64,000 nt of DNA. Source: a bacterium. Its GTDB lineage: Bacteria; Hinthialibacterota; Hinthialibacteria; Hinthialibacterales; Hinthialibacteraceae. The notes under the pieces are model-generated. The model was given only the letters and a program-made list of their open reading frames with translations, was not told where the DNA came from and did not search any database. Every line of letters begins with the position of its first letter. Within the stretch, counting starts at the first letter, position 1. A program made the translations under genes and the position numbers. Shown one piece after another: positions 29,675 through 40,822 of the stretch. The stretch lies in assembly GCA_963663405.2 (NCBI GenBank), contig CAXXSM010000132.1:1-64000 (forward strand), read 5' to 3'.

Positions 29675-30667
29675 TTACAGGCGAACTCGCTGTTTCGAGA
29701 CTTTCGCGAGTTGGTGATAGGCTTCTTTTTCTTCCTTGGTCAATCGATGAGGAACAACAATTTCGATCAGAATATATTGGTGTCCCCGTCTGTGATCTTT
29801 TTTCATCAATCCCCGGTAATCCAGCCGGAGCCGTTTCCCTGAATTTGTGCCCTCTGGCAGACGCACTTTCGTGGAGCCATTCAGCGTCGGCACTTCGATT
29901 ACAGAACCCAACGCCGCTTCATAGGGAGTGACGCGCACGCGGGATTCGAGATCATATCCCCGGAGGAAAAACTGGGGATGTGGTGAAATCCGCACCCGCA
30001 TATAGAGATCCCCCGCAAGTCCGCCATTCTTCCCATTTCCACCCTGGCCGGTCAAGCGGATTCGGGTGCCATTTTTTGTTCCCGGAGGGATTCGCAATTC
30101 AAAACGCTTGTGCTCGCTCCAGCTGTTCCCGTTCCGGTCCCGTTCATTCCAAGAAAGTTCAACACACTTCGCGTTTCCGTGATAGGCTTCTTCAAGCGAA
30201 AGTTCGAGAACGGCTTCAATATCGGGCCCCCGCTTCAAATGATTGTTCGATCGTCGTTTTTGTTGGAATTTTGAATGGAAGGAATCGGACTTTTTTTCGC
30301 CATTTCCAAAGAACGTCCGGAAAAAACGGCTAAAACCACCACCGGAATCGGAGGTTTCTGATGAAGTGTGAGTTTTTTCATTCTCCGAAAAATCCGATTG
30401 ACGCGTCTTGCCATTTGGAGGGGAATTGAATCTCGCGCCTTGCTCCCATCCATTACCCAGGGCGTCATAGCGCTTTCGTTTCTCCGGATCGCCCAGCACT
30501 TCATAGGCTTCGTTGATCTCTTTGAATTTCTCTTCCGCGAAGGAAAATTTATTGCGGTCGGGATGATACTTAAGAGCGAGAAGACGAAACGCTTTTTGAA
30601 TCACATCACGGCTGGCGTCCCGCCTTACACCGAGTATCCGATAATAATCTTTATATTGCACAGTCAT
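29675..30667 (-). CDS. Class B J-domain protein (DnaJ/CbpA-like, no zinc finger)
   Basis: [13 protein letters not shown] motif, G/F region, DnaJ C-terminal domain; no CxxCxGxG repeats. Confidence 0.9.
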   Translation of the reverse strand: MTVQYKDYYRILGVRRDASRDVIQKAFRLLALKYHPDRNKFSFAEEKFKEINEAYEVLGDPEKRKRYDALGNGWEQGARFNSPPNGKTRQSDFSENEKTHTSSETSDSGGGFSRFFRTFFGNGEKKSDSFHSKFQQKRRSNNHLKRGPDIEAVLELSLEEAYHGNAKCVELSWNERDRNGNSWSEHKRFELRIPPGTKNGTRIRLTGQGGNGKNGGLAGDLYMRVRISPHPQFFLRGYDLESRVRVTPYEAALGSVIEVPTLNGSTKVRLPEGTNSGKRLRLDYRGLMKKDHRRGHQYILIEIVVPHRLTKEEKEAYHQLAKVSKQRVRL

Positions 30668-30808
30668 ACTATATTTTGAGTGATTCATGGAATTCAATAA
30701 AAATAAACGCAAGGATGTTTAAAATTATGCGATATATATTGAACGTTATCCTTCAAAAGCGTCAATATTCTTAAACAATATTACCGTCAGGTCCCTCTCT
30801 TTTCAATC

Positions 30809-31885
30809 CTATTTTATCGATTCCAACAATGCGGCGGTTTCGCCGGATCGAATTCCTGTCAGTATTTCAATCCGTTCCCGATCCACGGCTTTTCCCAGCG
30901 TGACCGCGCGGCGGTGGATCGTTCCATTCGGATCGACTACGTTCACAAATTGCAACTGACCGATTCGTTCCACGGCTTTCTCCGGTAGAAAGAGTTGCTT
31001 TTCTGTAGAAACGGGGATTTTCATGCGTCCAAACATGCCTGGATACAGCCCCTCGTGTTTGGGCAGGGAGATTTTTAAGAGAAACGTGCGGGCGCCTAAT
31101 TCCGCTTGTGGAACAATTTCATCCACCTGCCCTTCGAGCGTGGTTTGGATCGCGTCAATCGTAACCTCAAATGTTTTCCCGGCGAGTGACGACGCGAGAG
31201 ATTCCCGGACGGGCGCTTCCAGCCGCAGCCGTTGAGGATCGTACAAATCGAGAAGATTCTGCCCGGGAGAGACCATATCGCCCACTTCGACAAACCGTTC
31301 GACGACGCGTCCCGCCGCAGGGGAACGGATCTGGGAATAGGTCAGCGCGATTTGGTTCTCATCCAACGCGCGTTTGGCGCTTTCCAAGGCGGCGAGGGCG
31401 ATATCGCGTTCGGAACGGGCATTGTCGAATTGGCTTTGGGTGATATTCCCTGTTTTGGATAGTTTTTCAGCTCGTTCAAAATCTTTCAGGACACGGTCGT
31501 AGGTGGCCTTTGCCGCATCCCGATTCTGCTTCGCTTGATCGGTTCGCGCCCGCAGATCGCGGGAATCAAGTTCGATGATAAGATCGTCTTTTTTTACCTG
31601 ATCGCCCGCATTGATAGTAATTTTCAAAACCTGGGCCATAATCTTTGAAGAGACGGTGATTCGTCTCGCCGCTTGGATCGATCCTACGACATGCTCGAAA
31701 AGCGGCTGCTCCGCCGATTCCACAACGGCGGTGGGGCCATCCCATTTCTGGTTTATCTGCGATTCCACCTCCGCATCGGGGCTGACTTTTTCACGGAAAC
31801 TGCCCGACATCCACATGACAATGATCAGGACAATTCCGAGTCCAACGGTAATTTTTATGATGGGAATGATTCGAGAGAGTTTCAT
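30809..31885 (-). CDS. RND efflux periplasmic adaptor (membrane fusion protein)
   Basis: N-terminal TM, lipoyl halves (GDQVKKDD; IRSPAAGRV...VGDMVSPG), helical hairpin, LYPGMFG; ATGA overlap with the permease. Confidence 0.92.
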   Translation of the reverse strand: MKLSRIIPIIKITVGLGIVLIIVMWMSGSFREKVSPDAEVESQINQKWDGPTAVVESAEQPLFEHVVGSIQAARRITVSSKIMAQVLKITINAGDQVKKDDLIIELDSRDLRARTDQAKQNRDAAKATYDRVLKDFERAEKLSKTGNITQSQFDNARSERDIALAALESAKRALDENQIALTYSQIRSPAAGRVVERFVEVGDMVSPGQNLLDLYDPQRLRLEAPVRESLASSLAGKTFEVTIDAIQTTLEGQVDEIVPQAELGARTFLLKISLPKHEGLYPGMFGRMKIPVSTEKQLFLPEKAVERIGQLQFVNVVDPNGTIHRRAVTLGKAVDRERIEILTGIRSGETAALLESIK

Positions 31886-34800
31886 TTTTCATCGTCCTCC
31901 AAATCGGTTTCAATTTGTAATCCATGTCCAGGCCTATTTTGGTAAACGAGGTTATATGTTAAAGGAATAACAACAAGCGTGAACGCTGTCGATACAAAAA
32001 GCCCGAATATTAACGCCCAGGCCAAACCGGAAAATATCGGATCCAGTGTAATCGGCCAAGCCGCCAGCAACGCCGTCCCCGCCGTCAGGAAAATCGGCCG
32101 GAACCGGACAGCGCCCGAAGCGAGCAGCGCGTCCCGCAGCGTTTCGCCTCTACGCAGCGCTTCATGAGCGAATTCAATCAAGAGAATCGCATTGCGGACG
32201 GCGATCCCTGACAGGGCGATCATCCCGATCATAGCCGTCGCAGTAAAAAAAACAGGCGTAGGATATCCGTTCACACTCATCGTCCCCAAATGATTCAAAA
32301 TCCAGAAACCCGGCATTATACCTATCATCGTCAGCGGAATGGAAATCATTAGAATCATCGGCATGAAATACGAACCGGTCTGGTAGATCAGCAAAACATA
32401 AATCCCTAAACAAGCGGCCAGAAACGCGAGACCGAGATCCCGCAGCACATCCAACGTGATCTGCCATTCCCCCTCCCCGTTCCAAACCAACTGTGTTCCT
32501 TTGGGGACAGACCATTCATCCCCCCCACCATTGGTGAAGTACGTGCGGGAGGAGAGCGGGCGGACTGAGGATGCTTGCGAACTACCCGGTTCATCGGCCA
32601 GATCGAACTGCAGATCGATAATCGCTTCCGCCGGCGCCCGTCCCGCCATTTCAGCGAAAACGTAGACGACCCGCTGGAGATTTTTGTGATAGATCATTTG
32701 ATCGTTGACCGTCTCTTCGAACGCGCCGATTTCACCCAGCTGAACCAATGGAACCGGCGCGGTCCGCAATCCTCCTCGTTCGCGCGTCTGGGCGATGCCG
32801 GGCCGTCCTTTGACGTAGATCGAATTGAGCGACGCTTTTGACGAACGCAGTTCGCGGGGCAGCCGCAAGATGATCGGCAAGGGATTCACTTCGCTGGGGA
32901 TCTGCGCGTAGGACGCGGTTTCACCGGCGAGCAGAAACCGCAATGTTTTCGCCACATCGTCCGTCGAGACGCCTGATAGGGCGGCTTTTTCCTTGTCTAA
33001 TTTATATATCTGTTTGGGATGATCCGCTTCGATCGTTGTATCGATATCCACGACTAACGGTTCCCGCTTGAGGCGTTCGGAGACTGCGCGGGCCGCCTCC
33101 TGCATTTGGGAATATGGAACTCCCGGTTCACCGTAGACTTCGACGGCGAGAGTCGAAATCACCGGCGGGCCTGGGGGCATTTCCAAGAGTTTGATATTGG
33201 CGTCCCACAGTGCGGCGGTTTCTTCCAATTGTTTTCGGAGCCGTAAAAGAATCTCATGCGATTGCTGAACACGATCGTCTTTCGGCAATAAATTGACTCG
33301 AATATCACCAACGTTGTTACCTTTCCGTAAATAGTAATGGCGAACCATGCCATTGAAATCCATCGGGGAGGCCAGTCCGCTGAAGAGCGCCACCTCTTTC
33401 ACTTCGGGCGCCTCCCGCAGCGCATCAGCCAAGGCGCGCAACGCCGCGTCGGTTCGTTCCAACGTCGTTCCCTCCGGCATGTCCACGACGATCTGCACTT
33501 CGTTCTTGTTATCAAAGGGAAGCATTTTAAGTGGAACGAATCTCGCCGCGGCTAAGTAAATAGAGAAGAGGAACAAGAGGCACACAATCCCCAATCCGAG
33601 CCAGGCGATGGAGCGGGAATCCAAAAATGGAGCCAACGCGCGGGAATAGATTTTATACATCCCCGATTCTTCCAGAACCCATTCTTTTTCATCCTTACGT
33701 CCTGCGACGGATTTTAAGACATGGTAGCTCATCCAAGGCGTGATCGTAAACGCGACGACCAGAGACATCAGCATGGCGAGAGGCACGTTCAAAGCCATCG
33801 GCCGCATATACGGTCCCATCATTCCTGTGATGAAGAACAGCGGCACAAAGGAGATAATCACTGCTAAGGTCGCCAGAATAATCGGCGGGCGTACTTCATT
33901 GACCGCCGTCAAAATCGCTCGAAGGGGTTTCTCTTTCCGCATTTGGAAATGGCGGTAGATATTTTCCACATCCACGATCGGATCATCCACAACCAGCCCC
34001 AGCGCGAGTGTGAGCGCGAAGAGCGTGACCCGGTTGATCGTGTAACCCAAGAAATAATTGACGATGAGAGTCAACGAAAACGTGATCGGCACGGCGAACG
34101 CGACAATCAAACCTTCCCGCCAGCCTAGCGTGAAGGCGATCAATCCGATCACGATCGCGATCGCCACCAGCAGATTTTCGACCAATTCGTTCACTTTATC
34201 GTTCGCGGTTTCGCCATAATCGCGAATGACGCTGAGATGAACGTGTTCGGGCAGGTGTGTTTTTTTGAGTTCCTCTAATTTGTCGTGAATCGCGCGGGCG
34301 ACAAAGACGGCGTTCGTGCCTTTCTTTTTCGCCACGGAGATATGGACCGCTGGAAAATAGGACTGGAACGCGGTTTCCGGCGCATTTTCACACGCCGGTC
34401 CAAAACCGATCCAGGTGTAGGAATCCGGCTCCGCCGGGCCGTCATGAATATCCGCCACATCACGAAGATATACCGGCACGCCATCGACCACATTGACGAC
34501 TAACGAAGGCAGCGCGGCGGCGCCTTCGAGAAATACGCCCGCGTCCACGAGAAAAGATTGATCCAAGCGGTTCATCTCACCGGCGGGGATTTGCGTGTTC
34601 GACACTCCCAACGCCCACGCCACTTCGAGCGGTGTCGTCTGCCGCGCCGCCAAGGCGTCCGGCCGAATATCCACCCGCACATGACGCGGGCGGCCGCCCA
34701 CGACTTCGGTCTTGTTCGTATTGTCGACGGATTGCAGAGAGATTTCGATCTCCTCCGCGATGCGGCGCAGCGTGTAATCGGAGACTTCATCGGGGCGATC

Positions 34801-35262
34801 GCTCCATAATGTCGCGATCACGATAGGCACATCATCGATCTCCACCGGTTTCACTACCCACGATTGAATACCGGGGGTGACGTAATCCATATTGGAGTGA
34901 ATTTTATTGTAGATTTTGACAAGGGAATCCTCTCGGTTCTCCCCTACGTAAAACCGCACTGTCACGATCGCCTGACCCGGACTGGACATTGAATAGACGT
35001 ATTCCACCCCATCAATTTGAAAGAGCAGTTTTTCCAGCCGTGTGGAGATCTGCCGTTCCACCTGTTCGGCGGACAATCCCGGCGCGGAGATATAAACGTC
35101 GGCCATAGGAACGACAATTTGCGGCTCCTCCTCACGGGGAGTCACCATGAGAGCGATGATTCCAAGCAGAAGCGAAATCAGGATAAACAGTACAGACAGA
35201 TTCGAACGAAGAAACAGTTCAACAATCCGTTGGGTAAAGGAATTCGATTTCATAGGTTCCAT
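31882..35262 (-). CDS. RND efflux permease (AcrB/AcrD/AcrF family)
   Basis: PREEEPQI, LGLVVDDPIV, GIAVRNAILL, RFRPIFLT; >1100 aa; start codon uncertain (35253/35262/35277). Confidence 0.93.
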   Translation of the reverse strand: MEPMKSNSFTQRIVELFLRSNLSVLFILISLLLGIIALMVTPREEEPQIVVPMADVYISAPGLSAEQVERQISTRLEKLLFQIDGVEYVYSMSSPGQAIVTVRFYVGENREDSLVKIYNKIHSNMDYVTPGIQSWVVKPVEIDDVPIVIATLWSDRPDEVSDYTLRRIAEEIEISLQSVDNTNKTEVVGGRPRHVRVDIRPDALAARQTTPLEVAWALGVSNTQIPAGEMNRLDQSFLVDAGVFLEGAAALPSLVVNVVDGVPVYLRDVADIHDGPAEPDSYTWIGFGPACENAPETAFQSYFPAVHISVAKKKGTNAVFVARAIHDKLEELKKTHLPEHVHLSVIRDYGETANDKVNELVENLLVAIAIVIGLIAFTLGWREGLIVAFAVPITFSLTLIVNYFLGYTINRVTLFALTLALGLVVDDPIVDVENIYRHFQMRKEKPLRAILTAVNEVRPPIILATLAVIISFVPLFFITGMMGPYMRPMALNVPLAMLMSLVVAFTITPWMSYHVLKSVAGRKDEKEWVLEESGMYKIYSRALAPFLDSRSIAWLGLGIVCLLFLFSIYLAAARFVPLKMLPFDNKNEVQIVVDMPEGTTLERTDAALRALADALREAPEVKEVALFSGLASPMDFNGMVRHYYLRKGNNVGDIRVNLLPKDDRVQQSHEILLRLRKQLEETAALWDANIKLLEMPPGPPVISTLAVEVYGEPGVPYSQMQEAARAVSERLKREPLVVDIDTTIEADHPKQIYKLDKEKAALSGVSTDDVAKTLRFLLAGETASYAQIPSEVNPLPIILRLPRELRSSKASLNSIYVKGRPGIAQTRERGGLRTAPVPLVQLGEIGAFEETVNDQMIYHKNLQRVVYVFAEMAGRAPAEAIIDLQFDLADEPGSSQASSVRPLSSRTYFTNGGGDEWSVPKGTQLVWNGEGEWQITLDVLRDLGLAFLAACLGIYVLLIYQTGSYFMPMILMISIPLTMIGIMPGFWILNHLGTMSVNGYPTPVFFTATAMIGMIALSGIAVRNAILLIEFAHEALRRGETLRDALLASGAVRFRPIFLTAGTALLAAWPITLDPIFSGLAWALIFGLFVSTAFTLVVIPLTYNLVYQNRPGHGLQIETDLEDDEK

Positions 35263-35385
35263 CCTATCGTTTCTCAAACGGCCTGAGTTAGAATCCTATT
35301 CTATTATTTCAGTAAAATATTCAGAAAATATTATATTTCAAATGATCAAAATATTAACGTGGAAACACAATCCGGGAATCATGAA

Positions 35386-38300
35386 TTATTCACTGCGGAG
35401 CGCTTGGATGAGTTTTTCCCGCAATGCGCTGGCTGTAGCGAGATAAATCCCCACAACGCCGCTTATGAGAATGGACAGAAGAGTCAGCGAAAGCGAGAGA
35501 TAAGGGTATGTGGCAGTATGAAAATGCAACGCGGGCAAGGATGCGGTCAATCCGGATATCACGCCGCAATCCAGGCCGAAGAATAAAAGATACAAGTGTT
35601 CGGTCACCACCATCCGGCGGATGGCCGCGTTGGAAAATCCCACCGCCCGCATCAGCGCGAATTCCGAACGCCGTTCGAGAATGTTCCGCATCACAACAAC
35701 GCCGATCCCGGCGCATCCTAGAATCAACCCCAATCCACCCAGAATCTGAAAGATCGACAAGTATGTGTTTTCCATCTGGGAAAACGTCGCGAGCCGCTCA
35801 CCGGCAGGCGTCAACTCGAGTCCCAAATCCTGAAGCGCCTGAAGAAGAGTGTCCCGGCAGGCGGTCCGATCCGCTTGGGGGATATCCAAAAGTAAAATTC
35901 GATAGCCGCCGGATGAGGGAAAACGCTTCATAAAATGTTCTTCGGAAATTAATACACTTCCTTGAAAAATCGAATTCGACAACAGTCCGGCAAGGGTGAC
36001 CTGGAACGAATTTCCGTTTTCGTCCGTATAGGTCAGCGTGTCTCCGATCGATTTCCCCAGCGCCCACATGGCGGTGGATTGATCGACTATCGCAGGGATC
36101 GAACCGTCGTCCAACCGTTGATCTAACAATTTCCATGCGGTCTCCGGGTCTATTTTTCCATCAGCGGTCTGTACGAATTGAAACGCGCCGAGGGAAGAAA
36201 ACCGGTCCGCGTTCACGCCAATCAGCCGGGGATTCTGCGCTTGGTTTAGGTTCAGACAATTGGCCTCATCCCCCTCCCGGAGGCGCAGGGGATACACGGT
36301 GAGATTCGGCAGATCGCTGCGGGATAATCCAAACTCGTTACACCCTTCTTCCGTATTCAGATCGTAGAGCAGAGGAAGCGCCGTTTCTCCATAATAGGCG
36401 AATCCTCCCGTCCCCGACGTTCGCGAATCCGCGCCAAGAAGCGCGTCGCGCCGGTTCGCTCCAACCGCGATCGTCAGGAATACGCCGATGGAAAAGATCC
36501 CAATCACAGCGAGGCTGCGGCCCCGGCGGCGGCCGATGTTTCTCTTCCCGATTTCAGTTAAAGTGAGATTGCGGTTGGTTCCTTCTTTCATGATGTGGGA
36601 GAGATAGGTTTGGCACACGCTAATCCCAGCGATGAGAAGCAACGCGCCGATCCCAAAAAACTGCCCGGCGGCGGCGGTCGCGTCATCCGGTGAAATAAAC
36701 AGAAACAACGCCAGAGCGGAGACTCCCGCCACGGCCGCCAGCCACAATCCCCGGCTTGTGGATTTGATTACGGGAATGTATTCGCTGCCATGCGTGGCCA
36801 ACAAGGATTGAATCGATGGTTTTGACTGCCGCCAGACCGCGAACCAAATCGCGCATGCGCTGATGACGGCGCCGGCCAGAAAACTGCCGATCAACGTCAT
36901 AGGCGAAAAAACCATCTCAAACCGCATCCCGGCGACGGCGCCGCTCCAAACCGTTGAAAGCGCCCAGATCATGAAACGCGAATAGACCAACGCTGCGATC
37001 ACTCCCAGCGCGCTTCCCACGATCGCCACGCCCAAGCCCTCGCTCCAATACAAGTGGCGAATTCTTTTTTCGGGAAAACCTACAGCGAACAATACGCCGG
37101 TCTGACGCGCGCGCCGTTCAACGCCGAAAATATAGAGCAACGCCGTTAAAATCAACGCGGAGACGATTAAAAAGAAACTCAAACTAATGAACAAGACACC
37201 GAAATTCAACGCACGATCGACGGCCCGCAGGGCGATCTCCCGCACGGGTTGAAATAACAGCCCAAAATCGGCGGGATTCAATACGCTGGTGATTCGATTC
37301 TTGATTTGCGATTCAGTATCGGACTCATTATGAAAGCGTATCGCAGTCAAATCGCCATAGAGATTGCTCCACATCGCCTGCCCCGCTTGAAGCGAAACAA
37401 ATGCTTTGGGAGTCCCTTTATATAGATCCCAATACGCTTCATCCTTACCGCGGATTTTTTCCAGGTCGATCAGGAATCCCGGATCCCATTCGCGGCAGTG
37501 TTCGGTTTTGGCGATTCCTGGAAAATCGGGCATCAAAGAGGGATCGCACAATGGATTCGACATGGGGATGACCGCATGTACGGTGAACGTACGTTTCCGT
37601 TCGATCAATTTCCGCATCGGCCCGAGAACGTTATACGTTAATGTTAAAGTATCGCCTTTGCGCGCGTTTAAATCTTCGGCCAGCCATTCATTGATGATGA
37701 TTCCATTGGTGTCTAGATTGAGCGTTTCTGGATAGAGCGCCGGTTGGACGCTGTTTTCTTGAATCGCCGCCACCATCGAATACGGCGCCACATGATCTCC
37801 GGCGCGAATCTCGTTGACAAAATAGGTCAGGATTCCCATATGAGAATTCGAGTTCGAGTTTTGAAGCGTATCTTGAACGAGTCCATGCAAAATACGGGAG
37901 TCGAAAAAAATCCGTTCCGTCCGAAGTTCATACCATCCTGGATGGGAAATCGATTGTAATGTAAATTGCGCGTCGTCCAAGTTCCAATTTCGCCGCATCG
38001 CTTCAGTGATCTGTTCCGCTGTTAATGTCGAGTCTTCCCGGCCTTTGAGCAGGATCGAATTGATCTGCCCGGTCTTTCCGGTTTTTTCCTGCAGGAAGGA
38101 TAGTGGGAGAAAGGCGTTGTACGGCGCGACTTGATTGGCGTTCAGATCGAAGCGGCCCATTTGCCGGTCTTCCACGATCTTGGCGATGGGCAGACGGAAT
38201 GCGAGAGACGAGTCATCGACTGTGGTTAAAGGAATTTCGCGGGAGATAACAGACGGATTTTCAATGCGTATGACAATGGAATCGCCTTCGCGAACAGAAA

Positions 38301-38727
38301 GACGTTCCGCGAGCGGACGATTGATGATAACGGATTCTTCTCCAGCGGGGAATCCATCAAACGGTTCCCATCCAAGAGACCAAAACCGGGAATCCACACC
38401 ATAGAGAGAGACGCTGTTCGCGCTGCGCGTTCCATCCCCTTTCCTTGCAATGGCCCGTGTATGAATCACCGGCGCCGCGGTTGTAGATAGTTCATCTCCA
38501 AGCGCGTCCGCCAATGACGCGCGGAAAAACCGGGAGGGATGAATCAACGCGTATTCGGTTGTCCCCAACCGATTGAGAGCCACGGCGCGCAGTGTATGGT
38601 CGACGCAATCCCCTACAATCAAAGCGCCCGTCAAGGCCATCACCGCGAACAAGGTTCCCAGCGCCGCCCCCAAGTGCGCTCTCCAATAATACAGCAGGCT
38701 GTTTATAATCAGGCGAAATCGGTTCAA
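35386..38727 (-). CDS. ABC transporter permease, duplicated MacB/FtsX type
   Basis: Two FtsX-like halves (ERRARQTGVLFAVGF; ERRSEFALMRAVGF) with large periplasmic domains; 1113 aa. Confidence 0.9.
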   Translation of the reverse strand: MNRFRLIINSLLYYWRAHLGAALGTLFAVMALTGALIVGDCVDHTLRAVALNRLGTTEYALIHPSRFFRASLADALGDELSTTAAPVIHTRAIARKGDGTRSANSVSLYGVDSRFWSLGWEPFDGFPAGEESVIINRPLAERLSVREGDSIVIRIENPSVISREIPLTTVDDSSLAFRLPIAKIVEDRQMGRFDLNANQVAPYNAFLPLSFLQEKTGKTGQINSILLKGREDSTLTAEQITEAMRRNWNLDDAQFTLQSISHPGWYELRTERIFFDSRILHGLVQDTLQNSNSNSHMGILTYFVNEIRAGDHVAPYSMVAAIQENSVQPALYPETLNLDTNGIIINEWLAEDLNARKGDTLTLTYNVLGPMRKLIERKRTFTVHAVIPMSNPLCDPSLMPDFPGIAKTEHCREWDPGFLIDLEKIRGKDEAYWDLYKGTPKAFVSLQAGQAMWSNLYGDLTAIRFHNESDTESQIKNRITSVLNPADFGLLFQPVREIALRAVDRALNFGVLFISLSFFLIVSALILTALLYIFGVERRARQTGVLFAVGFPEKRIRHLYWSEGLGVAIVGSALGVIAALVYSRFMIWALSTVWSGAVAGMRFEMVFSPMTLIGSFLAGAVISACAIWFAVWRQSKPSIQSLLATHGSEYIPVIKSTSRGLWLAAVAGVSALALFLFISPDDATAAAGQFFGIGALLLIAGISVCQTYLSHIMKEGTNRNLTLTEIGKRNIGRRRGRSLAVIGIFSIGVFLTIAVGANRRDALLGADSRTSGTGGFAYYGETALPLLYDLNTEEGCNEFGLSRSDLPNLTVYPLRLREGDEANCLNLNQAQNPRLIGVNADRFSSLGAFQFVQTADGKIDPETAWKLLDQRLDDGSIPAIVDQSTAMWALGKSIGDTLTYTDENGNSFQVTLAGLLSNSIFQGSVLISEEHFMKRFPSSGGYRILLLDIPQADRTACRDTLLQALQDLGLELTPAGERLATFSQMENTYLSIFQILGGLGLILGCAGIGVVVMRNILERRSEFALMRAVGFSNAAIRRMVVTEHLYLLFFGLDCGVISGLTASLPALHFHTATYPYLSLSLTLLSILISGVVGIYLATASALREKLIQALRSE

Positions 38728-39431
38728 TTTCTTCCCTCGAGACGGCAGAGAATTCCGTCTTTCAATTCAAGCGCGCGGTCCATGTTGTGAATCCATTCGA
38801 GCGCATGGGTAACGACGATGGATGTCAATCCACGTTCCTTGTTGATTTCGACCAATAGTTTCATGAGCCGTTCGGCGTTTTCCCGGTCCAGCGCGCCGGT
38901 GGGTTCATCGGCGAGTAAGACGAGTGGTTGATTGATCAACGAACGCACATACGCCACGCGCTGCCGCTCACCTCCAGAGAGTTGCGCGGGGCGGTGGTTC
39001 AACCGGTCAGACAATCCGACACGGTCCAGCAGCGCGTTGGCGCGTTGAACGGCGTCATCGCCCGCCGAAGCGTGATACGCCAATGTGGGTAAGAGAACAT
39101 TTTCTAAAATGGAGCACTGAGGCAACAGATGATGATCTTGAAAAACGAAGCCGATTTTTTCGTTCCGGATTCGGGCGAGTTGGGATTCATCCAATTCAGA
39201 AAGATCTTCGTTATCAATAAACACATTGCCTGATGTCGGCGAATCCAATCCACCGATCAGATTCAGCAGCGTGCTTTTTCCCGATCCGGACGGTCCGATG
39301 ATTGCGATCGTCTCTCCAGCGCCGATTTCTAACTGAATGTCCCGTAGAACGGAAAGACCCGGCCCACCGGCGGCGCCCTCATATTCTTTTGATACGGATT
39401 CAATTCGTATAAGCGGGGATGTTTGATTCAT
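38724..39431 (-). CDS. ABC transporter ATP-binding protein (LolD/MacB-like)
   Basis: GPSGSGKS, LSGGERQR, LLADEPTG, VVTH. Confidence 0.95.
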   Translation of the reverse strand: MNQTSPLIRIESVSKEYEGAAGGPGLSVLRDIQLEIGAGETIAIIGPSGSGKSTLLNLIGGLDSPTSGNVFIDNEDLSELDESQLARIRNEKIGFVFQDHHLLPQCSILENVLLPTLAYHASAGDDAVQRANALLDRVGLSDRLNHRPAQLSGGERQRVAYVRSLINQPLVLLADEPTGALDRENAERLMKLLVEINKERGLTSIVVTHALEWIHNMDRALELKDGILCRLEGRN

Positions 39432-39454
39432 AACTCTCACCCAATGTTCTATAT

Positions 39455-40756
39455 TTATTGCGTGGATTTTGATTCCCGGACGCGCTCCAGTATAGGAAGA
39501 ATTTCTTGCGTCATCCGTTCGATCGTGAAATATTGAAAAACAGATTCTCTCCCGCGAACGCCCATCTCTCTCGCTTTTTCCGGCTGAAGTAATAATTCCG
39601 TCAAAGCGGAATCATACGCGTCCAAGTCATCGGGTTCGTATAAAATTCCACCGCCTGTCCGTTCAATGATTTCAGGAAAGCCGCCACTGCGGGGTTGGAC
39701 CACGGGAACACCCGCCGCCATCGCTTCGATGACGTACAATCCGAACGCTTCCTCGTGCGCGGCCGGAACCGAGAGTACGGATAGGGATTTTAACAATTCA
39801 ATTTTTTCTTTGCGGGTGATATTTGGATGAAACGAAACGCTTTCCAGTACACCCGCTTCGTCCAACTGTTTTTTCATCGCTTCAACAAAAGGCTCATCGG
39901 CGTTGGTCATTGTGCCGGCGATTTTTAATCGTAACGAGTTAAATTCCGATTGTTTTTTCAACCGGATAAACGCATCGACAAGATGATCCAATCCTTTGGC
40001 GGCGAATAGATGCGCCAGGAAACCTAATACCGGCGTTTCAGGAATGGGATTCAAATCCCCATATCCATCTAGGGATATTCCGTTCTGCACAGGAACGCAT
40101 TGCTCCGGGCGCAGGTTCATTCGTTCTTTCATCACACCGGCGTAGTAATGGCTGACGGGAAGAAACATGTCTATATATCGCGCATTCTCAACCATCAGGC
40201 GCCAAGCGTCCTTGCTGAATGGTTCTGGAAGATCGTCCAAAAAACCGTCTTCACCCTGCAGCGAACAAACCACGGGGATGCCTAAATCTTGGGATATCGC
40301 CTTGGCCATTCCTGATAGTAATCCATTGGATAGCAAAACGACATCCGGCTTTTCCTGATGCCGCATCCAGGCGATAAATCGGTGTAATTCCTTGACCTGT
40401 CTCCCCTCTTCTCCCGCGAGCATCGAGACGGTCATATCACCGAGTTCAGACGCGTCGGTCATCCCTGCTTTTTTCGCGGCTAGATTCAACAGCCAACGCG
40501 AATCGAAAAGCTTGTCGATCCAGCGAGGCGTATTTCGAAACAATCGTACTTTTTGTTGGAGATATACATTAATACCACCAAAAAAGATAGGCGCGTCGTT
40601 TTCAATATCAGGCTCGTCTGTGCACAAGGGAAGGTACAGTGGCTGGAGAACAACATCATGTCCAACTTTCCGCAAAGCGCGCGCCAGCGCCGTATCACGA
40701 ATGCATCCGCCACAATAAAAATTGGCCGTGCCGGGGATGATGATTAAAATTCTCAT
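39455..40756 (-). CDS. Glycosyltransferase family 4
   Basis: EAFGLYVIEAMAAGVPVV (E-x7-E), KG motif; N-terminal YCGGC. Confidence 0.9.
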   Translation of the reverse strand: MRILIIIPGTANFYCGGCIRDTALARALRKVGHDVVLQPLYLPLCTDEPDIENDAPIFFGGINVYLQQKVRLFRNTPRWIDKLFDSRWLLNLAAKKAGMTDASELGDMTVSMLAGEEGRQVKELHRFIAWMRHQEKPDVVLLSNGLLSGMAKAISQDLGIPVVCSLQGEDGFLDDLPEPFSKDAWRLMVENARYIDMFLPVSHYYAGVMKERMNLRPEQCVPVQNGISLDGYGDLNPIPETPVLGFLAHLFAAKGLDHLVDAFIRLKKQSEFNSLRLKIAGTMTNADEPFVEAMKKQLDEAGVLESVSFHPNITRKEKIELLKSLSVLSVPAAHEEAFGLYVIEAMAAGVPVVQPRSGGFPEIIERTGGGILYEPDDLDAYDSALTELLLQPEKAREMGVRGRESVFQYFTIERMTQEILPILERVRESKSTQ

Positions 40757-40822
40757 AAGCAACCTGTTAAACGATTCTTTTTAAAATAGATAACGATTTA
40801 GCGCTCTTATTGCCGATCGTAT

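Noticed and set aside
29286-29931. Short ORFs between dnaJ and clpB (possible cbpM/hspR)
   Set aside because: No MerR-like HTH; the frames cross repeats or overlap dnaJ.
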